This document shows, in pieces, positions 11,686 through 24,501 of a DNA stretch of 64,000 bases (positions are counted from its first letter, which is position 1; the number at the start of each line of letters is the position of its first letter). Location of the stretch: assembly GCA_010093815.1 (NCBI GenBank), contig ML996583.1; one strand, 5' to 3'. Source of the DNA: Pseudovirgaria hyperparasitica (taxonomy: Eukaryota). The notes beneath the pieces were generated by a model. It ran no database searches, was not told where the DNA came from, and worked only from the letters and a program-made list of their open reading frames with translations. Made by a program: the position numbers and the translations under genes.

Positions 11686-13266
11686 CTAGCCGCTCTTCTC
11701 CCCCACCCCCTCCCCGTCCCCATCCCCCTCCCCCTCCCACAGCCCAACCTGAATCCCGCCCTCAGGCTGCAACACAATCTCCGCCTTCAACTTCGGCACA
11801 CCCGTACCCAGATTCTGCACGCGCTGGACGCGCTGCAAAATGCGCACAACCGTGTATCCCATCTCCGTGAGTGCAAACTGCTGACCGATACAGATGCGCG
11901 GGCCGCCGTTAAAGGGGATATACGACCAGCTCTTCGGGGTCCACTTGGCCCAGCGGTCGGGGGAGAAGGATTCAGGGGGTGCGAAATCGGGGGAGGTAGG
12001 CGGGTAGATGTCTGGGCGGCGCTGCATGACGAGGGTGCTGTAGCCGACGGGGGTGCCTGCGAGGACGCCGATGGGGGAGGTACCTGTGGGCCCGCCGCCG
12101 GAGGGCAAGGTGGTGTCCTTGAGGGCGACGCGGACGTTGTAGGGCACGACGGGGTAGAGGCGGAGGGTTTCGTTGAGGGTGTACTGGAGGTATTTCATGG
12201 ATTTGAGGTTCGCGTAGGTGGGTGTGGCGGAGAAGCCGACGACGTCTTTGATTTCGGCGCGCAGTTTGGCGACGGTGGCGGGGCTGTTGGAGAGCTCGTA
12301 GAAGAGCCAGGAGAGGGTGCAGGCGGTGGTGTCGCGGCCGGCGAGCAGGACGGCGATGAGCTGGTCGCGGAGCACTTTGCGGTCGCGCGTGTGGCCGGCG
12401 AGGGCGTGGAGGAAGGTGTAGCCGTCGTCGGATTTGCCCTTTTCTTCGATTTCCTGGGGGGAGAGGCGGAGGGTGCGTTCGATGAAGGGGTTGACGAATT
12501 CGTTGAGGGTGCGGAGGTGCTCGTTGTAGGCCTTGCGCGGCATCATCCAGTTGATGGGGCCCATGCGGGAGATGAGCGACTGGATGCGCTGGACTTCGGC
12601 AAAGGCGGTGGAGAAGCGGGTTTGGGCGTTGTCGAGCGAGTCGACGCTGTGGCCGAGGAGGAAGTCGGTGGCGGCGTCGAGGGTGAAGCGGAAGAAGAGG
12701 TCTGCAATGTCGATTTTCTGGCCCTGGCCGCCGAGGTGGGGGAGGAGGGCTTGGAAGTGTTTCTCGAAGACGTGGATGTCGCTGAGCCGGTCTTTGACGA
12801 ATTGCGGACGGATGAGCTGGCGGCTCTGGTGCCACTGGCCGTGGTCGGTGGTAAAGATGGAGTCCCCGAGGAACGGATGCCATTCTTCGTTGAACGTCTT
12901 GCCCTTCCCATAGTCGCTGAATTGAGTGGCGAGGATAGCCTTGACGTTGTCCGGGTCCGCAGTGAGGATCACACGTTGGCCGGCAGCGTTTGCTTCGACG
13001 GTCCATGGGTTCTTCGGGTTGCCATACTCGCGCATGATGCGGTTCCACATGGCCAGGTTCTCATGCTTGATGGCATGGCGCACACCCTGGACGACAAAGT
13101 CGAGAGAAAAGGGGAAGTAGGAGACGCGTCGGGGCGCCTGGAAGCCTAGCTGTCTGATGCGATATCTGGCGTAGACTTGAGACAGATGACGAGCAAGGAC
13201 GAGGGCGACGACGACAAGCAGCCAGAGCGGTGCCTTGGAGAGGTATTCGTAGATGGAATTGGCCAT
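11686..13266 (-). CDS. cytochrome P450, CYP52 clan (alkane/fatty-acid hydroxylase-like), intronless
   Basis: 526-aa ORF with N-terminal membrane anchor, I-helix AGRDTT, ETLR, PDRW and heme motif FNGGPRICIG. Confidence 0.95.
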   Translation of the reverse strand: MANSIYEYLSKAPLWLLVVVALVLARHLSQVYARYRIRQLGFQAPRRVSYFPFSLDFVVQGVRHAIKHENLAMWNRIMREYGNPKNPWTVEANAAGQRVILTADPDNVKAILATQFSDYGKGKTFNEEWHPFLGDSIFTTDHGQWHQSRQLIRPQFVKDRLSDIHVFEKHFQALLPHLGGQGQKIDIADLFFRFTLDAATDFLLGHSVDSLDNAQTRFSTAFAEVQRIQSLISRMGPINWMMPRKAYNEHLRTLNEFVNPFIERTLRLSPQEIEEKGKSDDGYTFLHALAGHTRDRKVLRDQLIAVLLAGRDTTACTLSWLFYELSNSPATVAKLRAEIKDVVGFSATPTYANLKSMKYLQYTLNETLRLYPVVPYNVRVALKDTTLPSGGGPTGTSPIGVLAGTPVGYSTLVMQRRPDIYPPTSPDFAPPESFSPDRWAKWTPKSWSYIPFNGGPRICIGQQFALTEMGYTVVRILQRVQRVQNLGTGVPKLKAEIVLQPEGGIQVGLWEGEGDGDGEGVGEKSG

Positions 13267-14438
13267 CTTGATAGTCGTGGAGGCGTTGAGGCGTCGAGGA
13301 GAGAGTTGAAGAGACTTATGAAGGCATCCGGCTGTAGCAGAGGAGAGGTCCGTGAGGTCGAGGTGAGGTCGAGGTATCTCTCAAGTAGCGGTAGATGATA
13401 ATGATGATGGTGTTGTTACGGCACCAGAACAAGCCTGACGTCAAGCCGATGCTCTTTATCCCTCCTTCACACCGAGTCGTGACCTGTGAGTTGTTGTAGT
13501 TGTAGTCGGGGTCGGGTGAACTGACACAGCCGCTGGGTGGAAGTGAGTCCATCATCCTGAACTCCTCCTCTGTTGCTCCTCACCACAATCCTGGAACAAA
13601 CAAACCCTCGTTTTGACATGTGCTCGAGTGTCCAAGCCCAAACAGTGCAGTGCAGACGCCATGTCGTTCGCGACGCTAACCGCTTCGGGCACAACGTGGG
13701 GACGCCACCAATTGCCCAAAACCCGTGTGCTCGGACCATTCATGAGAGTTGTTATTCACTCCACTATTGACACTGTGGACCCCTATCGCATACCGCTCTT
13801 ACAAAACCGCACAAGTCATCTCGCTAATACACTGGCCTCCACTGACTTGACTCGACACAACCACACTCAGCACCCGGAGAAGACGAAACATAATATTCCC
13901 GCTTCCGACACCCACGTGCTCATCCGGCTTTTGAGCATTGCAGAACGGGTGGAGTATCTCGCTAGCACGTCTTGGCCAAACAGGGGGCATCTGGATCGCT
14001 ATATAGACCTCCACCTTCATCTGATTGCTCACTTCCGAGGTTGCGACGGCGGGCGACACCCCCCTCGTCTAGTAAGCTGTCCGGAGCAGAGTCCGAACTA
14101 TGAGCCTACCTGTGTTGTACGTCAAACTCGCTTGCGTCTGTTTCGACGACACTAGTCGCTCTGATTAGGCCTCGTGGCATGTGAAACGTGGTCACTGGTA
14201 AATGATGATGATGAGGACGACGAGTCATGTTCATTCGAGCAGCTACTGGATACTTTCGAGATCAATATCATTATTTCTATCAATTCTGGTCGCATTACAC
14301 ATAATTGGCACAATGCCGTAACATCAATACCCAAACACGCGCGTCAGTGTACCCAGCGACGACTTCCCAACGCCCTCTTTCCAAAACGCCAAACGCTAAT
14401 GCAAGATGCGACCTCCCAATGCCACCCCTGGATGCCGC

Positions 14439-15882
14439 TCAAAGGACGAATGCGAGGGCTAAGATAGATAAAAGGGATGCCACTGTCGTGAGACGTGGCT
14501 CGCTGAATACAGATGCAGCACCGGTATACGGATCCGGTGAAGGCTGAGGTGTTGTATTGGGCTGGTGCTGCTGAATCGTGCCAGCAGCGCCGTAGAAACC
14601 CGCAGGCGCCGTGGTTTGCGGCAGCCTTGGCCCGGGGGTGATGGTATATACAGTCGTGAATCCGCGGTCGTCGAACCCGGTCGAGAGCTCAACACCATCG
14701 ACTGCTGACGGCGAGGGCACTGACGAGGAACACGGTGTAGACTCTGCCGGAGGAGGCGTGGACTAGGACGAATGTTAGGATGGACAGGTAGGGCAGAAAC
14801 CACGCTAGTCTCTTACTCACTGGTGCGGAGCTGGGAGGAACAACCTTGCCCGAGTCCGACACAGTCCAACCACTGGGCAAGCCTGGGTAATTCGCATACG
14901 TCGGGCTAGCAGTGCTGAGTGTCGTCGCCTCGGGGACCCACGGGTAGACGGAGGGGCGGATGTAGGTTGAAGAGTCGTCGCTGTGCGTGCCGTCAAACGG
15001 CACCGGTTGTCCGGAGCTCGTCGACGTGACGGTTGGCGGGTTCTCTTCGACCTCAGACGAGCCGCCAGAGTTGATGGTGCCACCGACGGCCTCGATCGAT
15101 TGCCATGTGCCGGTGGAATCCTTGTAGCGGTACTGAGTGCCGGTCGAGTAGTCGGTCACTTTCATGCTACCGACTTGCATCGTATAGGGACCTTGCGAGT
15201 AATCGATGGGGCCGCGTGCCCATTCGACGGTCCCAGGGGCGTTGTTGGATGGGTCACCGCCAGCCCAGGCGCCGACTTTGATCTGCATGGGCGTCTGAGG
15301 ATATTGGCCGTTTGCGTCGTTTGGTGAGAGCGCTCGAACGGTGACGCCGTCGATTTGCCAGACAATCTGGTTCGGAGTCCAGTCGATGGTGTAGGTCTTG
15401 AATCTGGCCTGGTTGTCTGGGTCGGCGTGGAAGGCACCACGGTTGAAAGTCGTTGTTTGTCCCTTTCCAAAGTAGTTGGTCTGCACTTGGCCGGCATCTG
15501 CGCCGAGCCATTCCCAGTCGATCTCATCCAAGGTGTCCGACTGAAGAACGAAGCTGCTGACCATGCCAGCGCCGGGCGCCGCCTTGATCGAGACCTCGAC
15601 TTTGCCGAACATGATGTACCATTTCGACGTCAGCTGAGGCGAATCTCCTGATTTGGCCACAGTAAACGAGACTCCATCTGAGCCGTAGGTTGGGTTGCCT
15701 TGAGGCGTAAAGCTGTCGGAGGCTGATTTGAAATCGATATTGACCGTCTTCCCCAAGGCAGAGTCTGCTGGGCAATCCGATCGGGATATGGGGTTACAGT
15801 TCGAGTATGTTTGTGCGAGCGATGGTGCCACGAGCAGGGCGACAGAGGCCAGATACCTCGCGGCCGGGGAGGTGTAACGCAT
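14439..15882 (-). CDS. Crh-family GH16 cell-wall transglycosylase, probably GPI-anchored; complement(join(14439..14762,14821..15882))
   Basis: Signal peptide MRYTSPAARYLASVALLVAPSLAQT, catalytic DEIDWEW, PQTPM..GAWAGGD and a Ser/Thr-rich tail. Intron GTGAGT..CTAAC..TAG (14820-14763) leads to a hydrophobic GPI-like end TVASLLSILALAFVL. Confidence 0.92.
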
Positions 15883-16559
15883 AACGAGATAGATGGCGGG
15901 TGAGGAGAGATGGTAATACGTGAGGTTGGTGACTTGGTAGTGATGAGATGGCGTAGAACCCGAGTCGTTGTCACTCTCGGAGGACAGACGATGGAGATGT
16001 AATTGTCCGGTGAATGGCAGGTAAGACGGAAGCTGGGAGCAGAAGGCACAAGAACCTTTAAGAGGTAGGTTGGAGTACACCAGCCATCCCCAGCCATCAA
16101 GAATGAAGACGACGTCAGCGCAAGAATGAAACCAGCGGATAGAAATATATGTAGTTCTAGAATTCTACTGGACCGGGCATGTTTGCACTGATAGCGCTAC
16201 GTGGCCGTGCTGGGCCTGTAACAAACAAAGTGAAGTGGCTGGAAAGGGAATGTTGTTATTGTGTGGCTGGTCGGCGTGTCGGCAACGGGCTTCCCGGCGC
16301 TAAACCAGCCACTGGACCCTGCACCCCAGCCACCTGTTCGAGCAGCCTCAACACATGTTGACAGCCCTATGGCCAATCCGTACTGTAAACCTGTAAATCT
16401 GCACCCAACGATCTTTGCAGGACTAAATGTGGAGACAGCAAGCATGACTTTTTCCAATACTGCATGTTGTCAAGCTTTGCATCTTCACATTTCCATGTCT
16501 AGACTCACATGTATAGATGGTCTCGGCCGTGTCACCCCGCCGTGGCTTGTGTTCGGCTA

Positions 16560-16566
16560 TGACTCA
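16560..16566 (+). promoter_or_regulatory. Gcn4/CpcA (GCRE) site TGACTCA upstream of PRO2
   Basis: Perfect consensus ~80 bp upstream of the ATG of an amino-acid biosynthesis gene. Confidence 0.6.
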
Positions 16567-16647
16567 GGCATCAATTTTCACTTCACAGGTTGCTAGCTAT
16601 CAAGAGAACTCTAGAACTAATCCTGCACCCATTGACTGTCATCTACC

Positions 16648-18154
16648 ATGTCGTTGACCAATGCCACTCCTCTCGAAGTCGCGCGTGCTGCGCGTCTGGG
16701 TTCGCGACAACTGGCTGTGCTTCCGGTGCAAGCCCGTAATGATGCATTGACAGCCATCCACGACGCTCTGGCCGCTGGCAAGGATGACATCCTCGCTGCA
16801 AATCATCGTGACCTTACTGCAGCGACCAAGGCTGCAGAAGGTGGTCAGTTGAGCCAAAGTCTGGTCAAGAGACTAGATCTGGGCAAGAAGGGCAAGTTTG
16901 AGGACATGCTACAGGGCATCCTTGACGTTCGAGGTCTTGAGGATCCGAATGGCAAGGTCCAACAGAAGCTGCTACTCGATGATGGGCTTATACTCGAGCG
17001 CAAGTCCTGTCCTATTGGTGTGCTGCTTATTATCTTTGAGGCTCGTCCGGAGGTCATTGCAAATATTGCTTCTCTGGCCATCAAGTCTGGAAATGCAGCC
17101 ATCTTGAAAGGTTGGTCTATGTATTGCGAGAAATAGACACTTCTGTTGACTTTATGCAGGCGGCAAGGAATCTACAGAGTCATTCAAAACCATCTCGAGT
17201 CTCATATCTAACGCGCTGGCCAAGACGCAAGTGCCACAAGATTGCCTTCAATTAGTACAGACGCATGATGTCATTGGTGAACTATTAAAGCTCGATCAAT
17301 ACATAGATCTGGTCATTCCTCGCGGCGGCAATAAACTAGTCGTCACTATTAAGAATAGCACTTCTATACCGGTGCTTGGCCACGCTGATGGACTATGCTC
17401 CATCTATGTTCGACACGATAGTCCTGTCGACGTCGCCGTCAAGGTCATTGTAGATTCCAAGACAAGCTATCCGGCTGCCTGCAACGCAGTAGAGACTCTG
17501 CTGGTCGATGCAGATGCTCTAGAAACAACACTTCCCAAAGTCGCAGAGGCCCTTCTTGCCGAAGGTGTTTCACTCCGTTGTGATGGCCAGTCCAAGACAG
17601 CTCTTACTTCCAAACTCGATCAGCACAATGCGGCCATGATACAAGATGCCACAGAGGAAGACTTCCGAACAGAGTTCCTCGACCTAACACTCGCAGTCAA
17701 GACGATACCAGCGACTTCAAACGCCGGAGAAGCACTGGACTTGGCAATTGCTCATATAAACGAACACTCGTCCCACCACACCGATGCCATCTTGACTCAA
17801 TCAGAAAGCATGGCGCGACGCTTCCAGGCGGGAGTCGACAGTTCGTCCGTGTACTGGAATGCAAGCACGCGGTTTGCCGATGGCCAGAGATACGGCTTCG
17901 GCACGGAAGTTGGCATCAGCACAAACAAGATTCACTCTCGAGGGCCTGTCGGTCTGGACGGTCTGATGATATACAAATGGCTGATTGATGGCACTGGCCA
18001 AGTGACCAAGGACTACGGATCTGGTGGTACGCGGCAATTCAAGCATCAGCAGATTCCCGTGGGGCACGAGGTGGCAGAAGGCATGGCCCGCAACGCCGAG
18101 GAATTGGAATTGTTGAAGAACTTCCGAGCGCAGGGACCGAACGGACATTCATAA
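16648..18154 (+). CDS. PRO2: gamma-glutamyl phosphate reductase; join(16648..17110,17160..18154)
   Basis: PIGVLLIIFEARP, ILKGGKES across the intron, DLVIPRGG, YPAACNAVETLL and NASTRFADGQRYGFGTEVGIST. Confidence 0.97.
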
Positions 18155-19729
18155 TGCGTTGTCATAATTGTAGCAGCAGCTCGTGGTCGTTTATTGCAGA
18201 AAAGCATAATGCGGAATCGAGTCAGTGTTTACTAATTAATACCTTATAATACCCGGACGGATAAGCTAAGACTACCGTTGTGCCAATGCCAAAAGTAAAA
18301 CTGTGCCATTATTTGCGTCGTCGACGATGTCTTCAGACGCAGTCAATCCCCAACTATCCATTCCATTGCAAATCAACAGCCCGTGCCAATTCGAGTCTAG
18401 GCTTAAGCTGACGTGGCGAGCTCTCAGTCCGTCTCGAATGCCTCTAAAAACGGGCCTCATCAGATACTAATTGCACGTGCACGCACGAGTTCACGATACG
18501 AACCAGCCGCCAGTCGCAGCGAAGACGTGATCGTGATCGTAAAAAACCCCGGATTTTCTTACCCCGGACAGAGTTTGCAGAATGATTCGTCTTCGAGCGG
18601 CTCATCAGGGGGGGAGAGGGGGGACGTGGCGAACGGAAAAGCTTACTCATAGCGTGCCACCACAAACCAATCACCAGACAACGAATGAGGCATTTATAGT
18701 AACAGAGAGGAGGCAAAGGTAAAATTTGCAGTCAGCTGGACGTTGGATGAGAGGGAAATTGGCATGAATTAGCTATTGCTTACCTAAAAACGAGGTGCAG
18801 ATGCGGAGCTGGACGCGCTTGTAGCCGTTTGACAGGGCTCCAGGCCTTCTTCTAGGTTGGGGAGCTTAGGCGAGACTAAGTTAATAACTGGAGATGATTA
18901 GATTGGTGAGAGGGTGAGTGAGTGAGAGAATTGCTGGTCAGCCTCAAGCATCCAACAAAAAACTCTGTCTCTACTAGTGTGCCAGGAACGGCGACAAAGC
19001 GGGTCAACGGCAACGAGTTCACGATGCTTGGGCGCTGTGGAGCGGACAACAAGGTCCGCAGTAGTCAATGTCAATGATGATGATACCATCAAGTCAAGTA
19101 TTGATGAATTGGTGCCCGCGACGTTTGAACCGCATCAAAGCGAAACAATGGATCCGAAGTGGCCTTATCCACGGAACGCCGCCCGCTCTTCAGGACCGTG
19201 AGCCTTTTCCACTGTTTGAATAATAATTAGATGCGGTGAGCTGCAAGAAAGCCTCAATCAATCAAACCTACATCGCCCACCTCTTCACATCCTTTCATTC
19301 GCGCGGCAAACAAACCCAATTGAACGGTGCGTTGTGCCTTGTCGCCGCCTATCATCTATCTATTTTATCTATCAGTCTATCGCATCCTTCGTCTGCGGTA
19401 CCTTAGCTTCCCTCCCTGCCCTTCACCGCGTCAACTCCGTCATCAACACCAGCTTCGCCGTGTGACCGTCTGTACTCAGCCGCAACCCTGCAGTCTGGCG
19501 TGTCACTCTTGGTTTTATCCTTTCTTATCTACTGTGTCTTGTTTTCTACTCTTCCAGAAACATCGCCCAATTAACACCTCGTCGGGAACCGGAATATATG
19601 GTGGCGGCGTCCCTTGCAGCAAACCCGGAACAGACTTGTCAGTTCTCACCTTGACCCACATTGCTTCACGCAACACTTGTGTCGTCTTCTTTTCACGCTT
19701 CTTGTTCTTGTTCTTGTTCTTGTTGCTGA

Positions 19730-19737
19730 TATATAAA
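19730..19737 (+). promoter_or_regulatory. TATA box TATATAAA of GDH2
   Basis: Consensus TATA ~75-80 bp upstream of ATG 19812, following a CT-rich tract. Confidence 0.6.
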
Positions 19738-19811
19738 GCCCTTCTTCCTCTAGATCCTACGTCTCACTTCTGCCGCTGAATATCTGACTGGCTCCAGCCG
19801 GAAAACGCACC

Positions 19812-22800
19812 ATGGCGCCAATCCCCTCCAATGGTGTTCCCCACCACAAGCAACTCGAGCAGGTCATTCGTGAACCTGGCAGAAGGCCGTCGCCTCAACC
19901 CACACACCTCAATGTCACTGGCAGCCATGCACAGCGCATCGTGCATGAGAAGGGCTTCGGATATGTTGCTCCCAAGTTTGAGGGCAAGGAGCAGCAGCAG
20001 GAAAAGTATGACGTCTCGAGAGAGTACATGTGAGATTCTCAATTGACCAATCACAGGGTCATGGACCAGGTGGAAGAGAAAGGCTTCATTCCGCCTGACT
20101 TTGTAGAGTCCGAGACAACCTGGTTTTACAATGAGTTGGGCATTGACGACATGTACTTCCAGACCGAGTCTGTCGAAGCGTAAGCTCAAAATATCTCCCC
20201 AGTGTTTGCCAGTCTCGAGCTCATATGTCGCTTGCAGCATCGTCAATCACATCCATTCTCTCTACGCTGCCAAGATCGCTGCGTACGCCCGCGACGACAA
20301 GCGTCTGGAAATCCGGCTCGATAAAGAAGCTTCAGATCACGCAGTCTACATCGATACCAGTGTCCCTGGTATCACGTCGGTCCAGGGTCCACAATATGAG
20401 CAGAGAATTGACGAGAAATACCTTGATGGGTCCTCAGGACAGTCGAAGTACCGTGTGGAGACATTCAGATCTGCTAGTCCTCTGCCCAGCAACCAGGACC
20501 AGTCTCTTCGCTGTTATTTCGTATACGAGTGCGAGTTTGAGAATCCCAATCCGGGAGTCACAGAGACAGACCTGGCGAAGATCTCCGATAAGCGATTCCT
20601 ACAGAAAGCCACCCAGAATACCAAAGAGATCTACGAAGAAGTCATGCAGATGGCTGTAACGCGAACTGGACCAGTCATTGAGTACTTTGACGTGGAGGGA
20701 ACGAGGGAGAAGCGCGTCGTTGTTGCATTTAGACAGGGCTCCGCTCTCGGCCTGTTCAGTGCCTTGAGCGATCTGTACCACTACTACGGCCTGACATCAT
20801 CGCGTAAATACGTCGAGCAGTTCTCGAATGGATACACGGTCATGTCGCTGTATCTGCGACCTGTCACCCAGGCGTCGGCAAAGCATCCACCCATCGAAGC
20901 ATCGATCCACCAAGTCATCAAGGAGATATCTCTCCTCTACTGCGTCCCGCAAAACAAGTTCCAGGCGCACTTTGCGCTTGGTCGTCTCAGTCTTCAGGAG
21001 ACCATCTATGCTCACTGCGTCTGGGTCTTTGTTGGGCACTTTCTCAACCGCCTGGGCAGTGAGTATACCGCTCTCACGGAAATTCTTGAAGCAGACAACA
21101 GTGTACACGCCGAGCTGCTCTCAAATCTGAAGCGCCGGCTGCGTACTGAGACCTTTACCTCTGACTACATTCTTGAGATCATCCACCAGTATCCGGATCT
21201 AGTCCACGCACTTTATCTCTCGTTCGCAAACACTCATTACGTTCAGTTGCGAGGAGAGACGGATGATTTTCTGCCAACGCTGAGCTTCCAGAGATTGTCG
21301 CTGGACAAGGTCTTGAGCGACGCTGATCTTCAAGGTCTGATCGCCAAGTCTGTTGCCAACGAACATCACCTTTGGGTCATGACAGCTTTCCAGACTTTCA
21401 ACACCGCTGTGCTGTAAGTTTTGATTTCCGTACACGACAAGTATCGTGACTAATAAGAGTGTAGTAAGACGAACTTCTTCACTCCGACCAAGGTAGCACT
21501 TAGCTTTAGGATGGACCCGCGATTCCTGCCGAAGTCAGAATATCCACAGCCGCTCTATGGTATGTTCCTGATCATCAGCTCCGAGTTCCGTGGGTTCCAC
21601 TTGCGGTTCCGTGACATTGCACGTGGTGGTATCCGCATCGTCAAGTCTCGAAGCCAGGAAGCCTACTCGATCAATGCGCGGTCTTTGTTCGACGAAAACT
21701 ACAACCTGGCCAACACTCAGCAACGGAAGAATAAGGATATTCCGGAAGGTGGCTCGAAGGGTGTCATTCTGCTTGATGTTGACCACCAGGACAAGACCCG
21801 AGTCGCTTTCGAGAAGTACATTGACAGCATCCTCGACTTGCTACTGCCGCCAAACAGCCCTGGAATAAAGGATCCTATTGTCGATTTGCATGGGAAAGAG
21901 GAGATCTTGTTCATGGGTCCAGACGAGAACACCGCCGATCTTGTCGACTGGGCGACGGAACATGCGAGGAACCGGGGAGCTCCGTGGTGGAAGTCGTTCT
22001 TCACTGGTAAGAGCCCCAGGCTTGGTGGCATTCCTCACGATCGTTATGGAATGACTACGTTGTCTGTCCGCGAGTACGTCAAGGGAATCTACCGCAAGCT
22101 CAATCTCGACCCCAGCAAGGTGCGCAAATTGCAGACTGGTGGCCCTGACGGTGACCTTGGTTCGAATGAAATTTTGCTGGGCAACGAGAGCTATGTCGCT
22201 ATCGTGGACGGCTCTGGTGTGCTCGTAGACCAGAACGGTATTGATAGGACTGAACTGCTCCGTCTGGCGAAGAAACGTGCCATGATCTCGGAGTTTGACA
22301 CGTCCAAACTGTCCAAGAACGGCTACCGTGTGCTGGTCGAGGAGAACAATGTCCGTCTACCCAATGGTGAGACTGTCAACAACGGGACTACATTCCGCAA
22401 CCTCTTCCACCTCCGGAGCGACATGCAGTATGATACTTTTGTACCATGTGGCGGCCGTCCCGAGTCTATCAACCTCAACTCCGTGAGCAAGCTCATCAAA
22501 GACGGCAAGTCGGTCATTCCGTACATCGTGGAGGGCGCCAACCTGTTCATCACTCAAGACGCCAAGCTGCGACTCGAGAAAGCCGGCTGCATCCTGTATA
22601 AAGATGCGTCTGCCAACAAGGGAGGTGTCACGTCGTCTTCGCTCGAAGTTTTGGCGTCCTTGTCTTTTGATGAGGAAGGCTTCGTAGAGAACATGTGCAT
22701 CCGCGCCGACGGCACCGCGCCAGACTTCTACAACCAGTACGTGAAGCAAGTCCAGGAAGTGATCAAGAACAACGCTGCACTTGAGTTTGAGGCAATCTGG

Positions 22801-23237
22801 CGGGAGCACCAGAAGACTGGCCAACCGAGAAGCTCGCTCAGCGACACGCTCAGTATCGCCATCACCCAGCTTGACGAGGAGCTACAGAAGACCGAGCTCT
22901 GGAACAACGTGCAGTTGCGCGAGGCTGTCCTCAAAGACGCTCTCCCGAACCTTTTGCTGAACAAGATTGGTCTCTCAACTCTGCTTGGGCGCGTAAGTAG
23001 TGATGCTGGCTATTTGCGCAGCTCCATGCTAATGTCCTGTAACAGGTCCCAGAGAACTATCTGCGAGCCATTTTTGGCAGCTATCTCGCGTCACGCTTCG
23101 TGTACGAGTATGGCATCTCTGCCAGCCAGTTTGCGTTCTTCGACTTGTGAGTAGCGTGCGCCTGAATCAGATTTCGACTCCGACTGACCACCAACAGCAT
23201 GAACAAGCGCATGGCCAAGCTCCAGCAACAGCACTAG
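19812..23237 (+). CDS. GDH2: NAD-specific glutamate dehydrogenase; join(19812..20005,20057..20179,20238..21413,21465..22992,23046..23146,23198..23237)
   Basis: GFHLRFRDIARGGIRIV, KNKDIPEGGSKG, GPDENTA, TGGPDGDLGSNE and EGANLF. All five introns are GT-AG and keep the frame. Confidence 0.97.
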
Positions 23238-24501
23238 ATTGCACTTTCCATATAATGCTGGTCATTGTCAAGACAGTCTAGTCTTTCTTTTATAGGATAC
23301 ATGAAGCGTAGGGAGATCAAGGAAACGTAGAAAAATGCATATCACAAAACTTGCCTGAACAGGCGGCGGTTAGGACATGAAATGGCGTTGGCGGGCCTGT
23401 ATTTAGAGCTTGCTTGGGTCGTCGGCATGAATGGATGGATGGATGTTCCCAGATGGCCACCATAACAGCACGCGACGAAGAAGGAGAGGAAGCGTCATCA
23501 AAAGGGCGAATATAGAAATATACACTTTGGATGTTATGTTCGCTTGGGCAGCTGCTGTGCGGAGCCAGCTTAGATAGTACTCGAAAGTATCATCAACGCT
23601 CACGTTGCGACTCGATCAATGACGGCGGGTAAGGTGTGCCGGAATGCCTTGTTGTTGTCTATAATTAATCATTATAGATGTGATGTGAATACGCTTCATA
23701 CTACATCCTCTCTCCATCCTTCTTTCAGGGTAGATGGTTTGTATATATCTCTTTTGCCGCCTGATCGCTTCTTATCTCTTCGGTGTATGGTATAGTGTAT
23801 ATGTATGTATGTATGTATGCATTGTGGACCGCCGCCGCCGCTATGGATGCATAGTGGAGTCAGGCCGAGACTCGACTCGCTGCCTATGGTACCGCGCATT
23901 CGTGGTGGGCTTATCGGGATGAGGTGCCCATGCATGCATGCAGTTCACGGCCGGCTCGGGATTGTGCGTGCGTGTGTTGTTGTTGTTGTGTGGTGATTAG
24001 GGACTGATAATGAATAGATGTATGGAGCGGAATGGATCACTCACGAACCCTGAAATCCTTGCCCGCGCTAATTTCCGGACCCCTACCACCAATCGAATTA
24101 TACCTTTTTCCGCTGCACGACCATAAACCACCATCCATAACATAACTCTCCATCATTGCCGCGCATAGCTTCACTGCTCCACGATCCCATCCGCCTACTT
24201 GCATTGCCCTCCCTCCGTTGCTCTCGTGTATCTGCATGTCCGCGCCGTCCGTCGTGTGCTCAGCCCTCGCTCGACCTAGATCTACCTCGGACGAGCACCT
24301 TCAGACCACGTCTTGCAACAACTCGGCATTCATTCAGTCAGGCAGTCAATCAATGAGCACGCAGCCTCGCGCTCCGCACTTCTTACGTCCACGGCTATAG
24401 CAGCAAACGCAATTGTCCCTCGAGACCTTATAAGTATCGGCTTCCCCCCCCCCCCCTTGGTCTCCGCTGGCAGAGATCTCGCCTGATCAGGCCCGCTGGG
24501 C

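Noticed and set aside
11527..13149. 540-aa plus-strand ORF
   Set aside because: Antisense shadow of the GC3-rich P450; low-complexity G/V/E/D composition and no motifs.
13613..14155. 180-aa plus-strand ORF between the P450 and GH16
   Set aside because: No motifs or coding-like composition; probably promoter/UTR sequence.
11686..18154. secondary-metabolite cluster around the P450
   Set aside because: No PKS, NRPS, terpene synthase, transporter or cluster TF; the neighbours are housekeeping genes.
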